Source: Callorhinchus milii (lineage: Eukaryota). Taken from it: DNA of 64,000 nucleotides. Below are positions 14,304 through 28,382 of this stretch, piece after piece; positions within the stretch are counted from its first letter, which is position 1, and each line of letters starts with the position of its first letter. The notes under the pieces were generated by a model. That model saw nothing but the letters and a program-made list of their open reading frames with translations, was not told the origin of the DNA and searched no databases. The stretch lies in the NCBI RefSeq assembly GCF_018977255.1, contig NW_024704743.1, forward strand, positions 19,346,001-19,410,000, given 5' to 3'. Both the position numbers and the translations under genes were made by a program.

Positions 14304-15404
14304 AACTCATTGGTGCAATTTGATTTAACAGATTTCCAATTTAAGTTTCATAATTGATTCCATAAATCAATTATACACATTGCAAAATAAAGCGCTACCT
14401 GATTTCCCTCCTATTCCTGGGGTTGGGTTTAAAGGCGCAGTCAGCAGTGGAGCTAACCACTCTGTTAAGCCTGGGGCAAATGCGCAGCCAAAAAAGACCA
14501 CCTTATTCTGTTAAGCCAAAATATAATTCAGGAACCCGAGAACTGAGAAACCAAAGCCACTTGTAATCTATACTTAACAACTCATTTAATTACTAAGGGA
14601 AATTACTTACATTTACATTTAATTATTCAGGTTTTGCATTGATTCAATAATCAGGGTTACAATAGATAAAGTTGCAACAGATAGGGTTACAATATTGTGC
14701 TTTATTCTCACGTATAGTACGTCCTATGTGACAATATCAGAGTTCATAGGTAGCAGTCAAAATTGTCTTGTTTTGGGAACACTGATGATAGAGCTGTTGA
14801 ATTTCTTGCACTGTGATCCTGTATCATCAACATCTGTTCTTCTTTCTTCTTCTGATGTTATTTGAATCTCAGAGGCTCGAGTGGCCTGAATCTCAGAGCC
14901 TCGGGTTGGAGTGCTGGCCTCCTTGATGAGTGAACAATACACTCATTCTCACTTCAACTCTAATTGCCGAACCACTGAAATGTAACTCCGCCATACTTCT
15001 TTATATGATGGTAATCCACTTCAGGCTGATCAGTGCGCGTCAGCACCTTTACGCTCTCCTCATTATTTTAATCATGTCAGCCTTGAGCTGACTCTGATTA
15101 AGCTACAGGTCTGGTCCCAGCAATTGATTCATGACCCAAAAGACACAACAAACTTCAATGGCTATAACACATGCACCTCTTCTTCCTTAGCCAACTTTAC
15201 TCTTCATAATACAATGCACAGCATAATGACATCTCCTCATACCCTTTTATCTAGTTTTATACCAGCTACTCCATGTCACCTGTTACGCTTAGATAGAAGG
15301 TCTGCAGTTCAGCTCAATTTGATTAAAACAACATTTATAATCAAGATTGTAGTTCTGCAAGTCATCTCAACACCTGTTGATGAGAATAAGCAACCTTCAC
15401 TTAA

Positions 15405-15730
15405 CAACAACAACAACAACGACAAAATTACATTTGTAAAGCACCTTTCATGTCAGGAGGACGTCCCAAGACGTTGGACTATCAGTGTTTCGGATCCGAG
15501 CTGGGGGTCAGGATCGGGGAAGGTAGAGGGCAGTGGGGGGAAGGAGGGTGACCAAAGGCACGGTGGATGAAGAGGTTCTTGAGACGGGTCTTGAAGGAGG
15601 CAAAGGAGGGGGCGAGGTGGAGGGACTACGGGGTGGAGTTCCAGAGGATGGGGGCAGAATGGCAGAAGGCCCGCCTGAAGACCCGGGTGGGGGGAGGGGA
15701 TGAAGCAGGCCGGAGCCCGCTGAGCGGACT
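15405..15730 (-). mobile_element. L2 3' end
   Basis: (CAA)n tail, 'ttcatgtcaggaggacgtcccaag' stem-loop and G-rich L2 body. Confidence 0.75.
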
Positions 15731-18700
15731 TAAACAAAACAACAATTTATAATCTTAAATTTATTATAATCTTCAACATTTTAAATTTGAACAAAACATT
15801 TTATAATCAAGATTTTAATTCTCCAGATCAGCTCAACTCTAGCTAATAAGCATTCCTAACTTTAATAATAATAATCCTTGCATTTGATATAGCCCGAGAT
15901 ATCTGAAAGCGTTTCACAGAATATACTATAAAGTGGATTTGACTGTATATTTTGTGGGTGTTTTGTCCAGTAAAAATACAATCAAAACTAAAACATTTTT
16001 AATAATTTACCTTGGATCTGATCACACCTTAATAATTCACTCTTGATCACAACACTGGCTTCTGCATTTGTAACCTGCATCTTTGGTATATGTCTTAACA
16101 AATAAAATAGAAATTACCTCTTTAGGTCCATCATGTTACATCTAATGAGTCCGTTGCTTTGCTTTCTTGACAACTGATCGATTGGAAAATTATATAATTA
16201 TCATTTGAATCTTTACATTTAATTAACCTGGGAGTGAAATATGTTTTTTAATTACCTCATGTCACTTTTAATTGCCCAACCTAATGAAATATATTCAGTA
16301 ATTTTTTATTATGTCAGGTAGTGGAACCATAACATGGAACCATAATCATGAGGCATGATTCACACTGACTTTTAAATGACACGTGATCAGGTTAGAGTAA
16401 ACAAGTGATAAAACATATAAATTAAGAATGGAATGTTTCCGCCTTTGGTGATAGCTTCCCCGGCGATCAGAACAACTTGGGGTATCTGGCTTCAGTGTGG
16501 TAGGAGGGCCTTTACAGGACAGCAATGTGACATACCGGCCACCTTGGCATTCCAGAGGTCTAAGTCCAGTGCTGCATATCAGGCCTGTACAGCACCAGCT
16601 GTTTAATCCTCATGTGAGTGGGCTTTAGCAAGTACAGGTGCCTGCCCTGCCTCTCCCTCTAGGGTGGTCAAGCATAGTCGAGATTGGAGCTCAGCTTCCT
16701 ATCTAATAATAATAATAATCCTTACATTTGATGAAACACCTTATCACATCATTGAGACGCCTCAAAACGCTTCACAGAATATATTGTAAAGTGTATTGAC
16801 TGGAAATGTAGCCACTCTTGTGAACTGATCTTGTGAAATTCTCCAAACCCATCATTCCTAACATTGCCTGATCTTCCTAATGATTCATATATCCAGGGCT
16901 TGAAATACAGAGAGGTAAGCAGTTGCTGTAGAAGCCGTGCATTTCTAATCAGTAGACAGGGATGTGTGTCCAAGCTGTCGGCAGGAAGATGATGGCAATG
17001 CCCTGATGCATTTCATTCATCAAGTGACATTTAACAGTCAGTGTGAAACTCTGAGGCTTGGAGCAACAGCTGATGGAAGGCGTTACCTGGAGTACGAATT
17101 CATGAATACACATTCATATATCCAGGGTTGGGATCCATCTTGATTGGTATACAGAGATATAAGCAGCTGCTGTTTCTCTTACATGGTCAGATGAAAAATG
17201 TGAAGATTAATATCCTTCAGGATAATCTATCATTTCAGCAGGTGGCCCAAGGAGCAGCAGATAGATTTTAATGTAAAAATACATTAAAATACATTTCTTT
17301 CTTCGTGCAGGGATTGTATTTTGGTTAGCCAGGTGTATGACACAAGCAGAAATCCATCACTATGATTAAGAGAATCCAAATCAGACAGAGTTCCACATAT
17401 ATACCACCCACGTATGGACATTTCTCTATACCTGGAATGGAAAGCACACATTTTCCCTGGAGGGGTGCATCTTGCTTACCTAATTCTGGAGAGTATTCAA
17501 CATAGATTGGTGAGAGCCACAGCTGGGGTTCCAGAATCTGCATTGAGCTGCAGTTGGAGTCTAGCCATTTACCATTGAGAGCACTGTCTGTCAAGCTTCC
17601 TGCTGCTTGTCAATTTTAGGAATAAATTCTTCACACAGAGGGTCATGAGAATGTGAAACTTATTGCTGTGGTTGAAGCAAATGGCATCAGTGTATTTAAG
17701 AGAAAACATGATACAAACATCATATATAGAGGATTATATGAGAGGGGAATAGAATGGGTGGTTTATATTTATATTTAAATAGGTTTATGTGGAGTGTTAA
17801 CACCAGCGCAAATTAGTTGGGCCGAATGCCTGTTTCCATGCAGTCACTATGTAACTCTATGTAGCTAAGACCACTCTACCTGTTAGGACTCTGGCTTGCA
17901 CAGGTAACAGGAACCAAGTGGGACCCTCCAAGGTCTTCTGGTGAGCCAGGCTGGCTGGTCTTTTATCAGCAGTGCCCTGGAGTACTGTGGACCCACCTGT
18001 GGGACCTGACTACAGAGGGTTGACTCGATTCCAACATCTTATTGTCAAGCACGTCACTGTGGAGACAGTTCAGCTCCTAAGAATTTCCGCTTACCTGCTT
18101 CCCAAAGAGAATTTGTGCTTCAGAATGTTAGACAATAGGAATAGGTTGTCTGGCTATACCTAAAGAGGGGAGCAAAAAAGAAACAAGGTTAGAAGTAAAA
18201 ATGGGCACATCTTTATTGTATTTTTTAAACTGTTTATTCCTTTTATCCAAACGCAACATGAGAACATAAGAAAACACCACACAAATGGGGAAGTGTATCG
18301 CATTTCTTATTCAAATTGAATAATAGAAGGAATGGTTTAAATATTTAGCTTTTTTCTGCCCGTCTATTGGATGTGTTTGTTCTGCTGGAGCCACACACAT
18401 CTCAACTGTTTTTGAATTCATAAAGCAGCAGAAAGTGAAATATTCATTTATGCCATCCTGAGCAATCTGTTCAATACAATATCACAAACTACAGTTTTAT
18501 ACTTACAATAAATAAAGAAGATGTATTACACTACACTTAGAAACACAGAGTATGTTGTTCAACTAAAATAATTGAAGAGTCGCGTTTCATAAAGCTACAT
18601 AGCCATGGTTTTACAAGCAACAACTGATATTTACATTGTGCCTTATCATTTATATAGTGTCTCGGATCACTTAACAAAGGCAGAGCTTGACTTCGAGCTG

Positions 18701-19129
18701 GGGGGACAGGGGAGGTGACCATAGGCACAGTCGAAACACCTCTACTGTGGTATTTACCAACAAAATATACAGTCAGTACACTTTAGAGTAAATTGCATGA
18801 AGCACTTTGAGATGTCCTCCCAATGTTTGAGAAAGCATCATGTCCAGAGGACAGTTCAAAGCATTTCACAGGATTTACTATGAAGTGTAGTGACTGTGTA
18901 CTATCAGGCGAATGCGGCAGCCCCTTTGTGACTACTAATGTCCGACAAACAGCCATAAGGTGAATGACCAATTTTGTCCCACAAACAGCCATAAAGTGAA
19001 TGACCTTTTGTGATTGATAAATGACTGCATATTACAGCTTTGCAGCACCTTTCAGGTGTATCTCATGATGATCAGTAGAAATTGTTATTTTAGAATCTAT
19101 GTCTAGGAAAATCCATGAAGCTAACTGTT

Positions 19130-19590
19130 GCACCTTATCACATTGTCGAGACACCTCAACAGGGTATACTATGAAGTAAATTTCACTGTATATTTTGTGG
19201 GTGAAATGTGGCAAGCAATTGCATACAGCAATGATTCACAAATAGCCATGGAGTGAGTGACCAATTTTGTTTAGGGGATTTGTTGGCCAGGATTCTGGGA
19301 GAAACTCCCATCTCTTTTTGAATAGTGCCATGGGATTTTTAACACCCATCTGAACATGCAGATGGGGCAACAACAAAACTTTGCATTTATATAGCATCCT
19401 TCACACCAGATGACATCTCGGAGGGCTTAAACTATAGTTTAAAGACTCGCCGAAGGACAGCACTTCCAATAATGCAACACACCTCCAGCGCTGTATTGGA
19501 GTGTCATCTTAGACTATGTGATTCCAAGTCCCGACATGGGGCTTGAATCCACAACCTTCTGACTCAAAGGCGGGAGTGCTACCACTGCAT
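19130..19590 (-). mobile_element. Deu-domain SINE (with small internal L2-tail insertion)
   Basis: Same head and core as 37000-37370; (CAA) tail insert at ~19365-19435. Confidence 0.65.
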
Positions 19591-20251
19591 ACAAGCCTAC
19601 ATTGGTGACTGACACTTAACAGTGACTTAATGTCTTATCAATCTCCAGCCAATCTCAAGGTTTTTGCCTTCAGGTAAGGGACATAAGACTGAATAGTATC
19701 TTCGTCCCCGATCTTCAATTTATGATAAGTTTGGACTCAATCTGAATGTACTTATAAAAGTACAGTAATCAACAATAACAACAACAACTTGCATTGATAT
19801 AGCGCCCCTCACACAAGGAAGTGTGCCAGAGCCCTTATCAATGAATGGTTTGAAGCATACAGGAGCTTTACCAACTACAAACTGAGAACCTTTTACTCCA
19901 AGACACTCTGAATGTTTGGGCACCAGTGCTGTCTTCATAGGATCAGAGCACTTTGAATATGTGGCACCAATATTCTGAATGCACTTTGCAACTTGCAATA
20001 ATTGGGTCCGATTTGCAGTTATTTGTAAAAGGATCTACTAACACCCAGAAAAACTACTCTCAGATGTTTAGATCGCCATTTAGATATGTTGACTTCCACT
20101 TGAATGGCAGAGGCTCTTACTATTGCTTCAAAACAGATCCATATAAGAAATGCCAATGACTTACAGCTAGTGAAAGAAGGAAATAGATACCTTTAGCCTC
20201 CTTATACCATCCAGCAGTTTTAACCCTGCAAGAACCAGCATGGCATTTGGC

Positions 20252-20865
20252 ATTTCAGGAATGATTCACAATGAATGGTGTTACAAAGCTTCCATTCTAC
20301 ATTGCATTGACATGGTTCTAGCCAACAGACACTTACACCTAGGAAGCTGTGTTTGTCATAAAGAAATTGACACTGACCAGTTCCAAAGCCATATTAGCAT
20401 AGTCTGCAATAATAGAGTGGTCGATTTTACAACTATTTATTGTTTGCTTGTGGTGTTATCGTACAGGAGTTCTGCATTTCCAGTAAAGTGCCTGTATCGA
20501 TGCTTCATTGAATTGGTTCATCATGCAATGAGCAGCACTCTATTCACAGCACTTTTGACTTGCAGGCATAGAAAGGTATCAGACAGAACAATACATAAGC
20601 TCATGGTTCTGTGGCTCAGAACTGAAGAAGATTCAGCTTTCCAAACCTTTAATTTTTTTGGACTTGAAAACAATTGAGCTCCCTGCTCTGTTCAGCTCCT
20701 GTGGCCAGTTTAAATAATAATAATAATTCTTGTAATAATAATCAGTTTAAATGAATTGGTGATGTATAAATGAATCTATATTTGAACTCAGACAGTGAAA
20801 GCCATGAAGTCACAAGACCAATGAAGAGGCGCTAGAGGGAGGGAACAAGAGCATCACAGTAAATC
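20252..20865 (+). repeat. Inverted duplication, arm A
   Basis: Reverse complement of 39177-39890; both arms translate to MSSTLFTALLTCRHxKVSDRTIHKLMVLWLRTEEDSAFQ in the ORF track. Confidence 0.9.
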
Positions 20866-22237
20866 ATCACAGCGCCTGTGGCCAGTTTAAATAATAATAA
20901 TCCTTGCATTTGATAGAGCGCCTAATCACATCTTTGAGATGTCTCAAAGCGCTTCGCAGATTATACTGTAAAGTGAATTGACTGTATATTTTGTGGGCAA
21001 AACGTGGCAGCCAATTATGCACAGCAGTGTCCCACAAATAGTCGTGGTTTGGAGTGACTTTTTTTGTAAGGAATTATTACCCCCGGAAAAGCAATCCACC
21101 AATCGACTGGTACTACTTAGACCAGTGGTCGCTCCCAATTTCCTATTGCCATCTTCAGAGCATGTCGTTATTATTGTGAACCTGGTGTTAGATATAAAGT
21201 AATAGGAGTGCCAGTTGGTGGGTTGCAGTCTATAAAGTAGGAATTAAAAAAAATACACTTACAATCCTCAAGAAAGCAGTCAAGCTGCTAAATAGATTTC
21301 CTGTTCGGCAATTCTCTAAACTGAAACACAAAGAAATGACAGAGAAATCATTATCGTTTAACTAAACCAAAAAGCAGCCTTGTTGATTTTAATTGCAGGT
21401 GCTTTATGTTAGATTACCTACTCCAGTATTGAGTTTCACAGTTAAAATATTCAACAGTTTTTTGGGGCTTTCTGTTCTCACTGGTGCTTTATGTCAGATT
21501 ATGTACTCCAGTATTAAGGTGGCAGTTTGCACCGAAAGCATCTCATTACCTATTACTATTGTCATCAGGATTTATTCCAAAGTCCTGGACAGTTAGGGAT
21601 CCGCACCTGAGCTGGTGGTTGGGATCAGGATGGGTAGGGGTAGGGAGAGTGACAGAAGGCACGGTTGAAGAGGAGGGTCTTTAGATGGGTCTTGAATGAG
21701 GCAAGGGAGGAGGCGAGGCGGAGGGACTGTGGATGGAGTTCCAGAGGGTGCACACATAACCTTATGCCAAGCCGTGGTGAAAGTAATGGTTTCCGGGCAC
21801 ATTGAGTAATTTATTCAATCCATTCCTTATCTGTTAAAACGGATGAGATCCCTTTGTGAGCAATAATTGCAAGCACATAATTGGATCTAATTACAAGAGT
21901 CAAAATTGATTTTAACTGGTGAACTCTACTCGTGCCCAGATGTGGTGGAGGGCGACTCTCTGGAACTCTGCTCCGATGCCGGGTTTCCTGCTAAGAGTCA
22001 GAGCTTCCTTGACCATAGTCCAGCTTCATGGAAGTTGGAAGCGAGGTCGGACTTGAGCTCAAGCAAGAACTTGAGTCCAACACATTGAGATGCTCACAGA
22101 ATTCCCTAGTCACAAGCCACTTTGCAAGTCCCACAAATTAGAACCGTAAGAGATTTTTTCACAATTACATAAATGGGAACATGGCACCAAGGCAGAAATA
22201 ATGGCTCAAATGGCCTTCTTCTGTGCTGTACACTCCC

Positions 22238-22477
22238 TAGGCCTGAAATTCCACCTTGTTCTATCCAGTAAGAATATTTTTCCTTAAAGTATAAGACCAA
22301 ACAGAATTGTGGAAAATTCTTAAATTTGGTCTTAATTTGGAAGCCAAATCATTCTAAGAGCTGCAATAACTGCTTCCAAATTAAGAGCAAGTTTAAGAAT
22401 GTTGTGTGATTCTGTGCATTCCTAAATTTTACTACAAAATCATCTTACAGCTAATATTGGGTGGAATTTTGGAACTA
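22238..22477. mobile_element. Palindromic MITE
   Basis: Termini TAGgcctgAAATTCCACC / GGTGGAATTTtggaaCTA; inner perfect 15-bp arms at 22330-22344 and 22372-22386. Confidence 0.65.
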
Positions 22478-22866
22478 CAATGGTTCTATAGATGCTGCAA
22501 GGAAAAAGCTTTTGATGTGTTGGTTACTTAAGTTTTTTTTTAAATGTAATGTGTCCAATTTATTTTAATCTTTTCTTCCCCTTGACATATAGCTTCTTTA
22601 CTCCTGGTCTGACTTCCTTTTGCGGGGTTCCGTGGGTGCCGGATGCCCTCTGATAGGAGTGTACTGGCCAATAGAAATGTGGTGGTCCAAGTAGTCTGTT
22701 TCCTGAGCCATGTGGGTCTGCAGTACTCCAAGGCACTTCTGATGACAGACTAGCCAGCCTGGCTCATTGGCAGGACTTGGAGGGACAAACTGATTATTTT
22801 GCCCACACAATATTCAGTCAATTCACTTTACAGGTATATTCTGTGAAGTGCTTTGAGACATCTCAA

Positions 22867-23082
22867 CAATAATAATAATAATCCTTGCATTTGATATAGC
22901 GCTTTTCACGCCGGGAGGACGTCCCAAAGCGCTTCACAGAACACACTGTAAAGTGAATTGACTGTATATTTGTGGGTGAACGCGGCAGCCAATTGTGCAC
23001 AGCAATGTCCCACAAACAGTCGTAGATTGAAAATGACCAATTTAATTATTGTTTGGTTTTGGAGGGATTATTATTAGGTGTG
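22867..23082 (-). mobile_element. Young tRNA-SINE (5'-truncated) nested in an older SINE tail
   Basis: Matches 13971-14205; flanked by two halves of a + strand SINE tail (22795-22866 and 23083-23120). Confidence 0.8.
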
Positions 23083-23455
23083 GCATGATAAGGCGCTATA
23101 TCAAAACAAGTATTATTATTATCATCAGATGCAGAGAATCTTCCCATTCAGCGACTTTTTAAGCCTGCAAGACAAGACCCTAATGTGTAGGATAATCCCA
23201 CCTGGTCAAACTATAACCAAGTGGCCTTTGTTCACATTTGAGCCTTCACAGTGAATGTTGGAAGGCTACTCCTAATCTGATCTCTTCCTACCTGACTGCA
23301 ACACATGCATACCACTAGAAGAGGGTGCTGTAGAAAGATCAAGAGGTGGAACCCTGGCTGGTTCAACCCCTGGGTTGTCTGAGGTTAATTTGATCTCCTT
23401 ATGCAGCCGTGATTCAGCAATCTCAGATTTAAGACAGCGAAATCCTGGGACTAGT

Positions 23456-23820
23456 AGAGACCTGTAGCTCAGTGGTTAGAGCACTTGACCTCGCAAACGA
23501 AAGACCTAGGTTTGATTCCCAGCAGGGTGAAATGTTGGGCAAGTTTTCTTACTTCACACTGTTTACTTGGCAGTATATAGGAACCCGGTTGTTAGTCGTT
23601 TGGCAGATCGCTTTTCTGGGTGTAATAATTCCTTCAAAAAAAGTAATAATAAATTGGTCACTTAATCTGTGACTGTTTGTGGGATGTTGCTGTGTGCAAT
23701 TGGCTGCCACGTTTCGCCCACAAAATATACAGTCAATTCACTTTATAGTATATTCTGTGAAGCTATTTGAGATGTCTCGAAATCGTGATAAGGCGCTATA
23801 TCAAATGCAAAGATTATTAT
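23456..23820 (+). mobile_element. tRNA(Ala)-derived SINE, full length
   Basis: CCTGTAGCTCAGTGGTTAGAGC...CTCGCAA...GGTTTGATTCCC head; L2-like tail. Confidence 0.8.
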
Positions 23821-26039
23821 AAATTGCAGCTTTATCCACTAAACCATCGGAGCTTCTCCAGTTGCTGCAAGTCTTAGTATGTTGTATGCTAAGAATCAGC
23901 AGAACAAGTAGAACAGGGAACATAAGTAGATTTGTCAAGAAATCTAAGGAGCTAGTGCTGAGATCACATATACAAGATATCCCGACACCTGACAGTTCAG
24001 CGCTTTGGGACGTCCACCCGACGTGAAAGGCGCTCTATAAATGTCATTTTGTTGTTGTTGTATCTGTTTGATCATTGAATCCTCATAGAAGAGAAACCTG
24101 AAAACTTGTGAAGTGAAGGCCCCAGTCTGTTCCTGAGGACAACGTGATCTGGGGTTTTTTACATGGTGATTTGTTTTATATAAGTTGTATTTCAGAACAT
24201 AATGCAGATTTCTGAAGCATTTTAATCCATTATGGTTCCAGGAACTCTCTGGTTTAAATCTGAGATTGCTAATTCGCAGCTGCATAAAGAGTGTTTAGAC
24301 AGGAGTGTTTAGACAAGAATCTTGTCTTTTTCAATGATGTGAAAGGAATTTTGGCTGGTAGGTCCATAGAACGTCAATCCCAAAAGAGATTCTTTCATCA
24401 GTATGAGAAAGGGATTTCTCCTAGTGTCCTAGCAAATAATCCTGCAGATTAATTGATCATTAATGTTGTGACTGTTTGTGGGACTTTTCTGCTTTGAAAA
24501 TGGCTGCTGCGTTTGTCTGCAATAAACAGTCAATTTACTTGTCTCAAAGTCCCGATGGGGAGCTTGATACAATATGAATTACAATACAATTTTACATTTA
24601 TTTAGCGCCTTTCATGACGACATGCCAAGGCAATGGATGTCAAATCCACAATTTTGAAGCCGCAAACATTTGTCTCGGAGGAAAGAGGTCTACCAACTGA
24701 GCCAGGTTGACACACATACTTGTGAAGTGCTTTGAAACATTTTGACATGTTATGTTAAGGCGGTGTAAAAATCCAAAGCTTTTTTATTGCTGTCAGCTAC
24801 CAAGAAAGAAACCACTGCTGGATGTGGTGTTGAAGAGAGGTCCAATTTAAGCCTTTGCCTTTATTTTTTCACAATGAAATCTATGGCAGGGGCTGCTGTA
24901 ACATTCACTGCTGTGAACTTATACCAATGGAAATGCAAGTCTTGAATATACGTCTAAATTAGTTTAATGACCTTTCCTCATTCCCCTGATCTTCTATTAA
25001 ATCTTCACTATCAAAATGAGGATTGACATTCTGTGTTGCAGAGGACAACCATCACAATGTGAAGCATGACAACTGTATGAGTTGTATGGATATGAGCTTG
25101 TAACCAGAACACTGGAGCATTCAGCATAGCTACCCGGCATGGATATAAAATATGAGCATGTTAAGCATCCCTGAACGTGCAGTAGTTGAATCTTTTAAGC
25201 TGGAAGAATGACAGTCTATTTACTATTGATGGTGGTAGATCCTGTGGAAGAGAATATACCAATGTCATGCGCAGAATAAGAAAACTACACACATTCCAGG
25301 TTAAGACTGATGCTTAGTGCAGTCTCATGCGGCCCAGCACCAAAAATCTATTTTATTCAACAGCATGAAACTGGAGGTCAGTGCTGGCTAATATTTATTT
25401 GCTATAGTTTAAGTATATTTTCAATTTATTTCCTGTCAGCGCTGCAGAATTAGCAGAAAGAGCTGGCGTGATTACAATGCAGGAAATCTAAAAGGCCATT
25501 ACTTCCTTCTGGTCATTGGAACTGAAGATAAAATGAAAAATGTTTAAACAATACATCAGCCTGAAGGCCCTTTAAGGATATTGTTTTCGCATTAGAGAAA
25601 CTGTGTCCATTTTTTTCATAGAACAGAGCTATAAGCGCTTCAGGAATTAGCACAAAGCACTAGGAGGTTACAGAGAATAGAGGGGTATAGCTGAGGACAA
25701 TAAGGGAATAAGAGGGGCTGGGGCTTGTGTATAGTATAAACCATCTGCGGAAACACTATTTCAGTGAGCGAGTAGTAAATGGAACAGGCTCCCTAGGCAG
25801 ACTGTGGAAGCAGAAAGTGTTGATTCTTTCAAAAGCAAATTACATAGATTTCTTTCAGGAAATAGTATCTTGGGACACTATATACCAATATATAGTTTGG
25901 GACATGACATGTGCATGTGACTGCCAGGATGGTGGAAGGTGAACTGGATGGCCTTCTATGTTTAGCAATTCTTATATTCTTATAGAGTAGTTGGGATGAA
26001 TGGCCTGCTTCCATGCCATATTTTGTGAACAAAAGACTC

Positions 26040-26915
26040 ACAAAGTCAATATCTCACACCAAACAGCAAGCCAAGTATCCAATAGACATGACTCCTTGCA
26101 CCTCCCCATTGATAATGCCTGGAATCCACCTTGATTGGCCTGCAGAGAGTCAAGCGACTGCTGCTTAAACTCCGCACCTCCACTTGGTGGAACCATTGCC
26201 CAAACTGTGGACAGGAAGATGGTGGCAATGTTCTCATGCATTTCATGCTGAGATGTGTTGCCCACTGGGAAGCTCGCAGGAAGTTCCTGGTGCCTACCAT
26301 TCACCTAGTGAGGGCTCAAACCAACTCTTGTCGGATGTCAAACGACCAACTAGTGACTATCCTCCTGGTGGGGGAGGTCAGCAGAGTCTCCCTGGGATGG
26401 AGTCGAGTCAACCCTCTGTGGTGGTCTTAGTAGTCCGGTTCCTGAGCCAGGTGGGTTCGTAGTATTCCAGTACACTGCTGATGACAGCACTGCCAGCCTG
26501 GCCCATTGGGAGGACCTGGAAGGGCAGACCAGACACTGTGGTCAGGGAGTCATCCCAGCCAGCTCCTGTTAACCTTGCAAGCCAAAGCCCTAACGGGTAG
26601 AGTGGTCCTACCTGAACAAGCAGCGGGAAAGCTTGCCAGACAGCAATATCAATAGCAAGCTAAGCTTAGCTGGTTAGATTCCAGCAATATGCCAATGCAC
26701 ACTCTGGGGTTCCTAAGCCGTGGATCTTGGCAACCTTTGCCTAATATTTTCCAGAATTAGTTAAGCAGGATGCGTCCCTCCAGGGAGAGAGTTTGTACTC
26801 CATTCCAGCAATTTATCTCTGAGATTTCCATGTGTGGGTGGGATGCATGGAAATCTCAGCTTGGTTTGGATACACAGTGATGGGTTGCCGTATGTGTCAG
26901 GCTGACCAAAAAAAA
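26040..26915 (+). mobile_element. 3' portion of a non-LTR retrotransposon with C-terminal CCHC zinc knuckle
   Basis: ORF 26131-26430 LLKLRT...CPNCGQEDGGNVLMHFMLRC...RRKF, then a region with a hairpin and an A-rich end. Inverted homolog at 47095-47960. Confidence 0.65.
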
Positions 26916-28109
26916 CATAATGCCCAGGAGAGGAAAGAGGTGAATGGGGAGGCAGAAAGGGAACCTTCGGGCGATTTGATGTGATAAATATCACATAGAC
27001 CGCAAATCTGACCACATCATTGTTTTTCCTTTGTTTGGTGATTACCTCGGACGCCAGATTCAGAAAGCACAGGCTTGCTACTGAGGCATTGCTGAAAGAC
27101 TCTCCCAGTGCATTGTCAACATTTCCTACAGTATACACATCATCTCACTGTGCCTGTCCTCACTACTGCAGCACACAGCGAAAATGCCACTCCGCTGCTA
27201 ACAAGGAGTGGGATTAGAATTAACTCTGGGTTTCTGTTTTGCTGAATTCCGTCAGCACTACACCTCTCACTAATAAAGTTAGTTAATGGTGGCACACCAG
27301 GAAAATCTTGTCACATTTGTGTACCACTATTTGCAATACATTTATACAGCAAGTCTAACAGTACATTACATGGTGGACAAATGGAACAAACATTTTGTTG
27401 TTCATCTTGAAACCTGTAGTTTAATAAAATGTATAATTCAATTGTCAAACTAATACTTTTTTTAAAAAAAATTCTTAAAGATGAGTATTGCCCAGTTGAG
27501 TATAATTAGATTAAGATGGATGCCCCTAGTTATCAGTCATGCCACCAGACCTATGTGGAAATCGATATTTATCAATTACCTCAATACATTAAATCTTCCT
27601 CGCATTGTTCTAAAATTTATAGTACACTTTAACTTGGATTGATTCTGAGTTTTAGCCTTTGTTACACTGAATGGTTCTGTTTATTCAGCAGAGTAAAAAA
27701 TCCACCATCACAGTGCTGAAAAAGACAATTTCTCACACATTCACAGAGAAGAAAATTGCAGCATGTGACTACATTGCTGAAAATTGCAGTCTAGAATTCC
27801 TGAACATGTTTACCATTGACTGGCTGTGGGTGTACAATGGTTAGGCCTGACGGATGGCATTTGAGTGTGACTTCACGCGACACTGGATTGAGTTAGGTCA
27901 GTCTCCTGTGAATTGGGAGGCAATGACATTGGTAGGCCCTGAAGGCTGCAGGTCTAACTATCATGTCCCAGTCTAGGGAGTGGGGGCAGGGATTGTATTC
28001 GAACTTGTGATTCCATTACAGTTGCCATCAATACAATAAATATCACCGGTGATCATTAATGCATCACACATGGCACTTTTTCCCCCTTTCGATTTCTAGT
28101 TTCCTGAAT

Positions 28110-28382
28110 CCACACCTCTCTTTTACCTAGCAGTAAGTAGGAACCCGGTTGTTTCCAGATAGCTTTCTGGTGTAATACTCCCTTCAAAAAAATAAAGAAA
28201 ATAATAATAATTCAGTCATTCATTCCACAACTGTTTGTGGGATACTGCTGTACACAATTGGCTGCCAAGCTTCACCCACAAAATATACAGTCAATTCACT
28301 TTATAATATATTCTGTGAAGTGCTTTGAGACATCTCAACAATGTGATAAGGGACTATATCAATTGCAAGGATTATTATTATT
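28110..28382 (+). mobile_element. tRNA-SINE, 5'-truncated
   Basis: Body and tail shared with 23456-23820. Confidence 0.75.

Noticed and set aside
14757..14942. Minus-strand ORF with repeated TR(G/A)SEIQ as an antisense exon
   Set aside because: Explained by a two-unit ~21-bp tandem repeat; no convincing splice sites or domain.
20240..20677. 145-aa ORF duplicated at 39426-39871
   Set aside because: No recognisable domain, and the second copy is frame-disrupted; the similarity simply reflects the DNA duplication.
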